DNA of 63,210 nt, filler included. It is 14 parts of 14 records of this genome, joined end to end, with 100 filler letters (N's around TTAATTAATTAA, not from the genome) between each part and the next. Parts side by side here need not be neighbours in the genome. Positions count along the whole stretch, not along the records: positions 24,025 to 27,297 come from SRR9188676_1809; positions 27,398 to 29,576 come from SRR9188676_1810; positions 29,677 to 34,436 come from SRR9188676_1815; positions 34,537 to 38,554 come from SRR9188676_1820; positions 38,655 to 42,429 come from SRR9188676_1825; 9 more parts are not named here. One strand, 5' to 3'. The notes beneath the pieces are model-generated. The model saw only the letters and a list, made by a program, of their open reading frames with translations, searched no databases and was not told the DNA's origin. Within the stretch, counting starts at the first letter, position 1. Each line of letters begins with the position of its first letter. This document shows, piece after piece, positions 27,130-39,489 of this stretch. A program made the translations under genes and the position numbers.

Positions 27130-28622
27130 GAGTCTCTTGCACGTGTCTGATTCGACTGGAATCTCTCGTATAGATGATCGGTTTACCCGTTTGTCCTGCG
27201 AAGGTGTCTGTATGTATGCATGTATCTCTGTAGTTATATTTCATGACTCTTTTATATGAGCTTATTTATTTATCTCGGACCCTTTCGCTCTACCCTANNN
27301 NNNNNNNNNNNNNNNNNNNNNNNNNNNNNNNNNNNNNNNNNTTAATTAATTAANNNNNNNNNNNNNNNNNNNNNNNNNNNNNNNNNNNNNNNNNNNNAAG
27401 AAGCAAAGCGGAGTTAACTTCCGAGTGTGCGAACAAGAGATGTGAAAGAGTACCTTCGAGTCACTTGAAACTCGGAAAAACAGCCGCAGATGCGATCGGT
27501 GTGTCCTTCAGAGAAATTTTCGCAGAGCATGAGTACATCGACGGATGAAGGCCACGCGTACATCTGAGGCTGGGTGATGCACAATCTGGGTTCATGCAAT
27601 GTTTTCTGCTTTGGTAAGTTCCACGGCCGTGGAACATCTCTTGAGATGCGCGAGCTGGTCGGGGTTTCTAGGCGTCATGACCGGAATTAATGCGACAGGA
27701 TGCTCGTTGGAGATGAGCTCATCCTTGTACAGGTCTGCGGGCTTGACGAAGGGGTCCGCACAAGCCTTCGCCAGCCTGGTAATCACCGCCGGAGAGGGCC
27801 TGAAAGAGAGATATATTAGAGACGAATGCTTTTCTCACGAGTGCTTTCAACAAAAACGACCGGACCTTTTCAGCAGCTTCTTGTTCGTTGTTGACTTATG
27901 CCTGCATCATAGCGAACCAAACAACACAAACTGGCGCCACTTCATACCACCATCAGGATTGGTGCCTGGAGAAGAAGAGTCGTCATCGGACACTGGGTTC
28001 AGTTCCAGTTTATGGATGGATCCATTAACTAAAGCTGATGATGGTGATGATGTTGGAGACCACGGGCTTCTAAAGCAGGATCCTTGTCAATGTCGATGCC
28101 ATATGTCGTAAGGACAAGACCGTCGATTCCACCAATGTGAAGGTCCGCGGCTCGAGGGGTTCTAGGAAGAGAATATCAGAGTCGATGGTTAGACCATGGT
28201 CAAGAGAGAGTTTATTATTATCCGTAAGGGGAAGACAGAATCAGGTTATTAAAGAATTTGATCATTATAGACGAACTCAGCTCTCTGGTTTATCGAAGCA
28301 TGCCATATTTTCTGTGCGATTTTGTTTCCGAATTTTAATTTCTGACGAATCTTTGAATTCGGAATCCAAATCAAGACGCTCTTCTGTTGGAGCTGAGAAA
28401 AAAAAGATAAAAAAGGCACAACGTATGAAGAAATCAAGCGTCTAAGGCGGTTAAAACCCACAGAGTAACGGCTTGTCTACGCTATTTGAACAGCATTGGT
28501 AATAAAAACGTTCGCCATTCGAAAAAGATTTCTGTTCTTCTGACTTCAACCTTGTTTCCGGAAAATTGAATTGCTTCCGAGCCCTTTTCACCTTTCCATT
28601 TCTCACTTTCTATTCACTACAA

Positions 28623-29321
28623 TTAAGCGACTTCACCGCAGTCGTCTCCCTCGCGTCCATTTGAACAATTTGGAATTTTCCGATATGATTCTCTCGTGCG
28701 ATGTCCATTACGAAAAAACTGGACATTGTATACCTCTAAGAATGCTTTGATCCGTGCAATGTCAGGATCCATCGAGCTCAACGAGTTGTACACGCGAAGT
28801 GTCCATATGCCAGGTGTAGTCGGCTCTGCAGCCACAAGAGCCCAATGCCGTTCATCCACATTACAGGTGAACAATATTGTATGGGCCGGATTCTGTATCA
28901 ACAAAAAGGGTAAATAACCGAGAGTCGCATCCAAAATTGGAGGAGAAACACACAAAGAGACATAGAGAGAGAGAGAGAGGGAGGGAGAAGGGGGAGAGAG
29001 AGAATGTAAGAGATCATTTCGAGACAGTATAGAAGTTGAATCGCAACTTTCGAGAAAAAATAGATATTATCCATACCAGGTTGACTCTCTTGAGGTAATC
29101 ATCGTCCTTATAGGTAGGTTGTGCAAGCTGTGGAGAGGAAGGGGTGAGGGAGAGAAAGAAACAAACGAAAAAAAAAGTCACGGAGAGACAGCGCGTTCAC
29201 AGAGGAATGATTTAGAGAATTTAACACTTACTCTTTGATACAAGAAATAATCCAGTTGGGTGATGGCATCAACCGTCTTCTTCTCCATCAAAAGATTTGA
29301 AAATGCTTGCAGTATCTCCCT
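28623..29321 (-). CDS. Ulp1/C48-like cysteine protease domain fragment
   Basis: HWALV...YNSL...DDCG follows the order of the C48 catalytic motifs, preceded by small exons (LDYFLYQR | LAQPTY...KRVNL). Confidence 0.5.
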
Positions 29322-31759
29322 GTATGTTTAAAAACCCATTGAATTACAGGGAAGACTCACAGGAATAGAAGAACACAGAAGGTCCAACTTACCCACTCAA
29401 ATATCCGAGCGGAGAAAGAAGACGATTTTAGTCAGAAAGCAGAAGTTTAACATTACCGACCTGAAAGAAAACGGAAAGGGAGAGATGAAAATAGAGTTCT
29501 CTTGTTTTCTTGTTTACAAAGAATGTGCCGAGACAAAAAAGAGAGATCGGTGAGCACACATACCGTCTTCACCACCNNNNNNNNNNNNNNNNNNNNNNNN
29601 NNNNNNNNNNNNNNNNNNNNTTAATTAATTAANNNNNNNNNNNNNNNNNNNNNNNNNNNNNNNNNNNNNNNNNNNNGGGGATTGCAGATTCTCGAAGTGG
29701 TGCTGAGACTCAGGACTACACTCTAAAGGAGTAGATCCTTGAAAATTAGGAGAAATATCTATGAAGAAGGGATAAAATTATCTAATAGATTAAAGCAGAT
29801 GGAAGATGATAAGGGTGGAATGAAGCAACAGATCGAACAGTGTGCGTGGTGTGGAAAGAACAAAGCAGACATCGAAAAAAAGAAACGAGAGTGTCCGAGA
29901 ATTGAACATGAAAGTGATTTAGGGGATATCATCGGACGCATGAAGCGGTTTTCTTTCGGGATCGATTCTGTCTTTAGTTATATTTAAAGCCTCCAGGTGC
30001 TGTTGTTGAGCCCAGATTTTTCGTTGGCATGTTGCCAAAAAGTCTGTCTGGACAAGGCTTGCTTCATTCCAATACGCAGCTCTAAGTACGTATCTATCAT
30101 CTATCGATCTGGTTGATGAGGATCATAGTGTCTCATCAGCCAGCTTGCGAGGAAGGCGAGCGGGGTTACCACCGGCCGTGATCAATGCAAGAGCCTGGGC
30201 GGCCATTTTTGTGTTGGGCGTGATGGGCCCATACCTGGTCTCCAGGTTTGTGGGTGAAGCGCACGGAGAATCAAACCCAATATCTACCATGAGCTTCTTC
30301 TTCGCCGACTGCATCAATGACAGACATATATTGATGTTACAAAATCGAAATGAAGCGGCAACAATACGACGAGAGTCATCAGCACAAGCGACATATAGAA
30401 AATCGACAAGAGAAAGGCGAAGATAGGGGATAACCAGCTGCAAGACTCAATCTTGGCGTATTCGAAATATGATACCAGGTCAGTCCCGGACCTTCACTCA
30501 CCACCGCTACGATGAAACGATTCAGCAATTCAATATTGCACCCTTACAGCCCACATCCCTCCCTCAAACGTACACAAGTGCCCCCAATCAAAAAAAGGAA
30601 AGGTTGATGAAATGGTTGGGCGACATACGCTTTCAGGTGTGGAAGGCGGGCTGTTATCTGGTGTGCGGTATGCGGTCGGGTCGTGGGATGGGCTTCCATA
30701 ATGATGTCTATCTCCGTTCTCGAAAACGTCACTATGACGAGCGCGCTTCGTCGGTGTATCTATAGGAGGGGGGAAAAATGAGCAAAGAAACGCCCGACTG
30801 CAAGGGTAAAGTTTGATGACGTACCATATTCGGATAGTTCTCGGAATGAATCCTGTTGTTGGCAAGGGCAGTACGTGAAAAGTGGGGAGGGAGGCAGAGA
30901 GAATGGGGCAGTGATTAGAATATAGAAATGGATACGATATGATTCGATCAACGCGAATACATACATAACAAATGATTCGACGGATGAGACGAAAATAAAA
31001 AAGCGAGAAGACCAGAGAGGAAATGATTAACAATTTGCTTACCAAAGCAGCGTTAATGGCTTGAGCATCAGGATCTTTCCGACGGCGGTCATCTGCAGGT
31101 TAAAAAAGGCAAGAGCAAGGAAGCGCGACAAGGGAGGGAGCGACCGACCAGATGGGAGCGTTGAGAGAAGAGACAGAAGGAGAGAGAGATAGAAAGAGAA
31201 GAAGTAAAGTAAAGTCAGAACACACAGAGAAAGAAAGGGGGGGAAACAGAGAAAGAGAGAACAATTAGGACAATACCAGAGGGTGGCGGCATCTGAATGC
31301 GCGATACAGTTGACGGTGACGGATCAAATCTACTTCCGGCGCCAGGACCGCTGTCTTCGGTTTTTGTGGGTGTTGTTATGCTGCTCGGTGCTACAAAAGT
31401 GGGTATATGTGATGAATCTGGATAGGAACAGGAGAGAGAGAAAGACCATCCAGACGTGGTATAAGCTAATGTTGAAATCATAATGCAGCGTGACTGGACA
31501 CGAATGAAAAAAAGACAGCGGTCCTAGATATATAGATTTGTTTCAAGAGATTTGAAAGACTGAGATATAGTGAAATTCGACCCCGATACGACCATACTGG
31601 GAAATCATCAACTCTCGGACCAGAACAAAAAGAATGAAGGGAATTGCAGAATAAAAGCTGAATAGAGTCTTCTAATGATCCTTGAAAGACTTTCCTAGGT
31701 AATTCTTTTCGTTTTTCGATAGAGGGAAGTCATAGAATGAAGAGTGCGAAAGGTCATCA

Positions 31760-32165
31760 TACGTGGAGAGGGTTCGGCGAACCCACTTGAAGTGCGCTGT
31801 ATGAGGGGGGACTGTGAGGGGCTGAGGCTATTTGGTGTATTGGAGCCTTGGCCTTGGGGTTTAGAAGATGTCTTGAGGATTATAGTTTCCTTCGATTTGC
31901 CATGAATGCTCTGAAGGTGTCGTGATCGAGACCAATTTGTGGTAAAGCTGCAAAGATCATCGCATATTATATATAAGAAGTTATATGATGAAAGAAAACC
32001 AGAATGTATCAAGAGAAAAAAGAGTGACAGAAGGAAGTTCGGCGAAAACCAAGCGAGCACACACCTCTTTCCACAGTCAATCTCTGGACAAATGAATATT
32101 TTAGCGCGTCCAGTATGACTGGCATGTGCGGCCAAGGCCTGATCGTTACTTCCGCGGGCCATCAT
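31760..32165 (-). CDS. C2H2 zinc-finger protein, 5' exons; more exons probably continue toward about 30100
   Basis: FICPEIDCGK | SFTTNWSRSRHLQSIH is joined by a GT-AG intron into a canonical C-x4-C-x12-H-x4-H finger. Confidence 0.7.
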
Positions 32166-34684
32166 GCCAGAAACTTGGTTTGGTAGCAGAGTGCTAGGAT
32201 GAATGATGAAAAATGTGGAGGTTTGAAAATTTGAAAATTGCTCGCGTATAAGCGCTATGAACTACGAGATAATAACTCGACAATTCGTCTGGAGGTGCGC
32301 CGAGGTTTCAAGACTGATTCTTTTTCAAATTTTGTGTTGTGGAAGAGTGCAAAGAGAAAATTTGCGGGAAAAAAAGGTGGACCACAAAAAAAAACGGTTG
32401 TCCTCACCTACCCCCCCTATCAATATACGGGTCTATTTTTATCCGCAAGTGGAATGTGCAAATTAACTTTCTCTTGAAAATGTGCCGGCAGCCGACCGCT
32501 GGTTTGCTCTCTGGTTTGCTCTTGCCAAGATGCTGGAGATCGATGAAATTTACTCGGATCTGTATTGGAGATGCAATTTTCTGTTTGGATCAAGAACATA
32601 GTGGTTTGTTTCCTGTAGGAATTGACTCCAGGAGTTATTTAGCTCAGTGGCGGCTCCTGGTTTATTGCCTCACGAATTTCTTGTTGTCTTTGTTGTCGGT
32701 AACAATTCACATTGTTATTTGCTTTCTCTGCTTCGGATCTCGCATATTTATTCCCTTCTGGAATGAAAATCACTCACTCGCTCGTTCATCGATGTGAGGC
32801 TGAGAAGTTTAGACTTGAGCTCCTGTTATTTTGCCTCGATTCAATTTATATCCGAAATAGGAAGCATATGAAGTTCTTGGACATTTTTTGAGAATGAAGA
32901 TTGATAATTTCGCTGATTTCGCAGGCTATGCTTTTTAATTTTTTTTTTTGACATTTAACTACCTTTCGATTAATTTCTTTGTCTTCCTTATCGATTTCCA
33001 TGCGATTGATTCTACTGAGCCAGAATCTCAGTTCAAAATTTATTCCTGATGATGAAAACTAATGAAAACAGTGATGATGCAAGCATGATGATCAACAAGA
33101 AGAGTTGTGTTCAGTTTGGAGATCGAAAGAAGTCGGATAGTCAGTTCAATGCATCGTTCGGGAAAGAAGATGAGGGAAAATATAATCTTGCATTCTGATG
33201 TCGATGTCCATGGTGAGGATCATCATGATGATGCTTCGAGATGCACATGCTCCTGGGCATGATGCATCTTGGAGATGGAGTAAAAAGTACTGGATATATG
33301 ATTTGTTCGACCGAAAGCAGTCTTTCATTAAGAGGTCTTGAAGTACAGATAAAATGCGGAAGAGAACCAGAATGCCATAGTCCAGAATGAAGTGTTGTCA
33401 TAATTCAGACAGCAGGGTTTTCAAAATTGTATCTTAAAGGGTTCTTAAAGCATGAATTCAATGGTCAATGAGTTCGCAAGCATGCATACAGAGGCTTGGT
33501 TGTGAGCTACGTTTTCCCAACTAGTGACACCTCCCATTTCATCAAAGAGTCCAACTTCACCCGTAAGGGATGCTTTGCGACGCTTTGATCCTGATTGTTG
33601 ATCTGTAACGAGAAAACAGAAAGATCAATCCGCGACGTTAGGAAAAAAAAGAAAAAAGAAAGAGAGAAAGTGCAAGAAACGAGCTCGAATCATCAGGCTG
33701 CCGCTGCCGAATGATTGCTGGAGCATATATGGTGACTAGTTATGACTCCCATCTGATTCTGACGAGACCAAGAAGAAAACAGTGTTACCTTTCTTCGCTC
33801 GGCCTCCGCACGCTACATTCCAGAGAGAGGATAAGAATTACTGTCAAGAGTACAAGATGAGGAATTTTCATACAAGATACAAAAAGTCACATGCGGCATG
33901 GAATGCAGCTAGCTTCTCTGCCAAACGATCCCTCGCAGCAGGATCTGGGGAGGACTGAGCGCTGGAAGTAAATCAAAGAGATTCAAAGTTCAGAGCCAGA
34001 CGAAAACCTCCATAAGGTGCCATGACCACCAACATGAAGCTAATATCAGAGAATATTAAATTCCTTACCCTGAAGTGGTTTGAGCATCGAGAATCTCTAA
34101 TGCAACATAAGATATTTCCTATCGAATCAGAAAGAATAAGGAAAATAAAGAAGGAGAAATGATAGAAAGTGTAAGAGAAGGATGATATGGACGGGAAAAG
34201 GTCAAATACCCCAATGCGACGCTCGATTTCTGATACCGCATCGCTAAATTCACTTGAACTTGTTGGAGCACTGGGAGCTGAAGAAGCTACAACAGTGGGT
34301 GCTGCAGCTTGCATAAGCGCTCTGAATGTTTCTCAAATTCACAAGAATAGATGAATATCAAACTGAGAAAAAATGGACTCGAAAATCATGGGCCAAAGTG
34401 GCGCTACACAGAATGACGTGACATACATTAGACACANNNNNNNNNNNNNNNNNNNNNNNNNNNNNNNNNNNNNNNNNNNNTTAATTAATTAANNNNNNNN
34501 NNNNNNNNNNNNNNNNNNNNNNNNNNNNNNNNNNNNAGACGACATATAAAATGCACTTTATGATATCAATTTTGTTGGAAAAGGTATTCAATGCAGCTGC
34601 TGACGTTGATTGACACGATTCCGAATAAAAATGAGGTGATGAGCTGCTCGGATCGAATCTTGTAGAATGTTCACAACTTACGAA

Positions 34685-36397
34685 CCTGCGGTGTCTCTGA
34701 TTGATGTGTCAGCGCCCCGCTCGAGTAACAGCTCGATGATGTCGTGGAAATCCCACTAGTTTCCATCACACGCGCACATATACATTTCAGGAAACATGAG
34801 AGAATGAGAGTAAGTATTGTGAGTTGTGGTATCGGTTTACAAGGTCGAGGAGGTTTATAAAAAAGATAATGCAGTGGGGAAAAGGTCGTTCTCCTCAATC
34901 TCAATGGGGATGCGGTGGATATTCTGATCTATGTCTTCTATTCTTGATGGTTCTATTTAGTCATTGATGACAAAGTCAGAGAAATAAAGAAGTCCATAAT
35001 GGAGAGAATGTACTGATCTTAAATGAGTCATAATATATAACTACCCGAGCGGAGAAAGTTAGATCACCAATGTACACTTTATTCTCATATGTGTCCTGAC
35101 CCAACTATCGCATAATTGGTCATTGTGGAAAACCAGAAGAGTGATGACAACGACGATTGAGGCGAGATGAGATAATGTGACATGAAATGATATTTTATGG
35201 TGCATACATATGCGGCCAGATGCAGTGGAGACTGGCCTCGATCGTTTGGGAGATTCAGGCAACTCATATCGCTGTCAAGTAGAGCTTCAACCATGCCAAT
35301 GTTGTCCTAGAACGAGAAAGAAAACGAGAAAGAAAAAGGAAGTAAAACATGAGACTGTTACCTGCTCGATCAATTGCGAAGCGCTTCTTGGAGTCCTTTC
35401 AACTACTCTGAGCTTTGACTCGTAAATATATTCGGGTCTCAGAATATGATCTTTTGTCAGGGGAGGTAAGAATGAGAAATCTCGACGGTTTCCTTAACTT
35501 TTGCAGTCTATGGCCTTCCAATAAAAGCCTATTCGAGTCCTAGCTAGGCAAGAAGTTTCGAGCAGCCGCGAGAATCCGGCATGAATAGGTTGAGAATTAA
35601 GAAACCCGTGAGTATAGAATTTTAGTCAGGTTGAGACTTCAAATTCTCCTGTAAAATCTGAAAAAATGGAGCAAAGACTCAGCCCGATGACGCGTTGGGC
35701 GTTGTGTGCTTCTTGTATTTATCCATATTGAGAATAAAAACAGAAGAATGGCATCGAATTATGTAAAGAGTTAAGCTCATCTATTGCTAAAAAAAAAAAA
35801 AAGAGACGAAAAGGAAGGAAAGGTAAAGGGATCGGAGAGCAGCATGGATGCATGAATTACCTTTGCAACAGCGTAATGGATAGGAGCAATTCCAGACTTA
35901 TTCAAAAGCGTACATGATGCAGAATATGAGAGAAGCGCTCTGACAACATTCAGATAGCCTGGAGACGCTTGTGAGCCAGAGTGTAATCAATTCTGTCCTG
36001 ATTCGCTTACCGCCTTTCACAGCTAAGTGAAGAGGAGTCTCTTGGGCCCATCTCGTCTGGACATCTACCTTTGCTCCTTGACTAAGCACTACAACATATT
36101 CTCGAATTTGAGAGACAATGATGAAACTTTAAAATAACGCGATGCTGAACTTACAAAATAGGCAGAGGTCAGCATGACCGTTTGCAGCAGCGACAGAAAG
36201 AGCAGTATCTGAAAGAGTAGCAGACATAGTGGGTTAATATTTGAAAAAATGAGGGAAATATCAAGTTTTGAAAGACCTCCGCAGACATCCTCAGCATTAA
36301 CATCGATGTGCTCTAGGATTTTTCTCACTTCATCCACCTTTCCATGGGCAGCTCGCTCAGTTAGATCACCAGGACTTACTTGTGCATGAGATAACAT
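34685..36397 (-). CDS. Ankyrin-repeat protein, spliced, 3' partial
   Basis: Exons encode TALSVAAANGH, ETPLHLAVKG, APIHYAVAK, QSPLHLAAY and IIELLLERGAD. Confidence 0.85.
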
Positions 36398-36493
36398 TCA
36401 ATAGCTCGAACAAAAAAGAGAGAGAGCTGGTGGGACGAAGGACTGAGGTTTGAAAATTCGAAAAATGTGTTGCGAAAGGTTCCGAACATAGAG

Positions 36494-37504
36494 ATGTTAG
36501 AGATCTTCATTTCACAGGCTTCTCTTGCTCTGGTCGTCTATATTGCAACAGGCTCAATATACAAGCATACAGCGGGATTATATCTTTCAGCTTCGGTACA
36601 GACTGACTGAAATGACTTTTTTCTTTGGTCATCGCCTCATCGTACATCTTCTGTCAGACTGACCTTCCATTTTTCATCCGCATCCCTTTCCAGCTTGCGG
36701 CTCTCACATTAACAGTATGTTAGAATGACATCCCATTGTTTTTGCATCCTTCTAACCCATCTCTGCCAGTATTGGGTCATTCCTGAATCGCTTGTATGGA
36801 CCTTTTCAAGGATTCTGTCGTTCATAGGTGATTTTACGTCGATATTTTTTATACAATTATTCTTATTAATAATATTTCTAATTGTTATGCACTTCCTAGG
36901 CCCATTGCTTCTTGTTATTGAATCTGTTCAACTCACGCGACTACAATTACTCATCACTCGAGCGATTGTCTATTATTCCATTGAAAACCCCGACCAAGCA
37001 AAGGTTTGCATGTAAAAATTCTTAATTTATTTTCAACTAATCATTATATGACTTTTGATACCACCTGGTTATGAAGACTCTGATCATCGCGCTCACTGTA
37101 AATGCATGGATCCTCGCTCTCTGGGTGTCTTCCTATATTTCTTTGTAAGCCAAATCTCTTAGGACCGAAAGAATACTGTATCTATTTTTGAGCCTCTCCC
37201 TTTCTCCTCACCTCCCTTTTTCCCAACTCTGACTCAAACGATTCGATACTCCTCTGGGCTTACTTCGAGGCTTTAGCCTTTAGCCCTTTACGAGTCCTAA
37301 TAATTGGTCGAATCGTCACCGAAAATCAAAATAGAGGGATTTGCTATTGAGTTCGGTAGTGGAATGTCTCCTCCTTTTCGTAACTCTTGGTTCTGATAAC
37401 TACATCCTCTTTGACAGGGAGTATTCTCTCGCTATTTTTGCTGTGAGCGTCACGCTTATCCTGCTCACGGCGGTCTGCGATGAAACTACATCTTTCGGCA
37501 AAGG
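36494..37504 (+). CDS. Multi-pass membrane protein, many short exons; weak ICE2/SERINC-like resemblance
   Basis: A series of hydrophobic exons bounded by GT-AG (YWVIPESLVWTFSRILSFI | GPLLLVIESVQL... | TLIIALTVNAWILALW). The family assignment is a guess. Confidence 0.45.
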
Positions 37505-38654
37505 TACAAAGGGAGATAATAATCATCACCATGTTTTTTGACAATATATAGCCAGGAGTGATATTAGAGCTGGAGCTCGGCACGGACTGATCAGCAAACT
37601 AACGAAAGAGGAGAATGTGGTGAGATATATCAGTCCATAATCTCGTCAGAGACCGTTACTTATGACATATCTCCTCATCATTTGTTGGCATAGAATCATG
37701 AGATGATTCTCGAGGAATATGACTTGCAAATCCAAGCAATAAAAAAGAAATATTTATCGCTCACAAATCGCATGTTTGGGGACGCGACACTAATACTGCT
37801 TTCAGCAAAAGGGTCATTTCGATCCTGGTCGGTCTTGATTTGCGGTGACCCATTTATTCTCCGAAAGTTGCCCTGACTCAGCTCTATATCGAATGATTAG
37901 ACGATGTGACATGTTAACCTTCTGGTTACTATTGTTAGCAACAACTTTCGATCTTTTTTCTTGTTCTCACTGCTTCCACTCTGTGACATTCTGGATGTGA
38001 TGTTACATGGCAGGCACGCTCCTGGACTGTGCACTGCTGACTCTCAGCTGGTGCTACATTGCTGCTGTGCATACGAACGAGTATTTTCTTCCTGCAGGGT
38101 ACGTCTCTTCACCAGGGGGGCACACCAGGAGCAAGTAAAGCAACTTTGTGAATGAATGGCCAACGTGGTGTTCTATTTTGAATTCAACCGGTAGGAACGA
38201 ATGCAAAAAGTTATCTACATCCTCCATGGCTGGACGGTGGGAAGTCCTATTTATGTGGGGGTGGCAATTAGAAAAGGTAAATGAAAAGATATATATGTAC
38301 AGACAATGGAGTCTCGCATGCGAATGCTCCTTTTGCTTTTGCCATCTCTTCCGAAATTCACAGCGGTATTCAACGTGCAACGCTGCTATATTTTATGAAC
38401 CCCTGCATTGTGGACGTTGCTAATTTTCTTTACTCCGCGCTCATAAAAGGAAAGGCTTCCGCTTTGTGAATATTCTTGTGTGATTTTTCGAGTTATGAAT
38501 GAATCTATCACGCGTACACCACCTCAGATACAAGAAAATTGTATACGTCCCCCCNNNNNNNNNNNNNNNNNNNNNNNNNNNNNNNNNNNNNNNNNNNNTT
38601 AATTAATTAANNNNNNNNNNNNNNNNNNNNNNNNNNNNNNNNNNNNNNNNNNNN

Positions 38655-38753
38655 AATGCTTTACCTGATGCACCAGAACCACCAAGTCTACCGACACCAC
38701 CATCACCTGCTGCAGCGCCAACACCGCCACCAGCACCAAGTATTAAGCCATAA
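38655..38753 (+). CDS. 3' end of a bacterial gene with a Pro/Ala-rich tail
   Basis: ...PDAPEPPSLPTPPSPAAAPTPPPAPSIKP* followed by a terminator. Confidence 0.55.
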   Translation, partial: NALPDAPEPPSLPTPPSPAAAPTPPPAPSIKP

Positions 38754-38770
38754 TTAGGATTAACAATAAC

Positions 38771-38809
38771 AAAAAAGCATCTCTGGAAATTTCCAAAGAT
38801 GCTTTTTTT
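38771..38809. terminator. Bidirectional rho-independent terminator
   Basis: AAAAAAGCATCTCTGGAAATTTCCAAAGATGCTTTTTTT hairpin lying between a convergent CDS and tRNA. Confidence 0.85.
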
Positions 38810-38810
38810 G

Positions 38811-38894
38811 TGACAATGAGGAGACTCGAACTCCTACAGGATAACTCCCACTACCACCTCAAAGTAGCGTGTCTACCAATTCCACCACATTGCC
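38811..38894 (-). tRNA. tRNA-Leu(GAG), CCA not encoded
   Basis: GGCAATG/CATTGTC acceptor stem, TGGTAGAC D-loop, CTACT-TTGAGGT-GGTAG anticodon arm, long variable arm, GTTCGAGTC T-loop. Confidence 0.95.
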
Positions 38895-39033
38895 TAATGA
38901 TGGTGCGAAATTAAAGAAAATTTGCTTAATTGCAAAGATTTTCAAAAGGCTGAAGTTCAAGTTTGCGTTTGTCTTTTTTAAACCTTTGAGAATCAAGTAT
39001 AACAAACAAAGTAAAAAATAAAAAAATATTACA

Positions 39034-39432
39034 ATGGCATTAGAATTTGAAGGTAATTTGATAAAAGTACTCAATGAAGTAACCGGTCAAGGAAAAAATG
39101 GAGCTTGGGTTAAACAAGATTTCGTGCTTGAAACTGAAGATCAATATCCTAAAAAAGCTTGTTTCACTGCTTGGGGAGACAAATCAGCAGATTTAAAAAC
39201 TTTCTCTTTAGGAGATAAACTTAGAGTTACTTTTAGTGTAGAATCTCGTGAGTACAATGAAAGATGGTACACTGATTTAAGAGCTTATAGAATTGATTTG
39301 GCAAGTGATGCTCCAAGTGCATCTGCTCCAGTGGCTTCTTCAAGACCATCTTCAGCACCAGCTAGTAAGCCTGCAACTCCTGCGGCAGACCTTCCTTCTT
39401 TCAGTGAAGACGATCAAGACTTACCATTTTAA
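39034..39432 (+). CDS. DUF3127 domain protein (SSB-like OB fold with acidic DLPF tail)
   Basis: GKNGAWVKQDFVLETEDQYPKK...ESREYNERWYTD...DDQDLPF is typical of this Bacteroidota family. Confidence 0.9.
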   Translation: MALEFEGNLIKVLNEVTGQGKNGAWVKQDFVLETEDQYPKKACFTAWGDKSADLKTFSLGDKLRVTFSVESREYNERWYTDLRAYRIDLASDAPSASAPVASSRPSSAPASKPATPAADLPSFSEDDQDLPF

Positions 39433-39439
39433 GTATGAA

Positions 39440-39486
39440 TTTTAGGTGTTATTATATAATTTTTATGGCTATAATAACACCTAAAA
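39440..39486. terminator. Inverted repeat/terminator between convergent genes
   Basis: TTTTAGGTGTTATTATA ... TATAATAACACCTAAAA form a perfect 17-bp stem. Confidence 0.8.
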
Positions 39487-39489
39487 AAT

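Noticed and set aside
18037-29002. Microsatellites (CAT)n at about 18037, (CT)n at 24025 and (GA)n at about 28963
   Set aside because: Ordinary simple repeats, mostly intronic or near contig ends.
33400-34436. Possible minus-strand exons (MQAAAPTVVASS...)
   Set aside because: Likely the 3' part of a gene, but I could not establish the frame or product.
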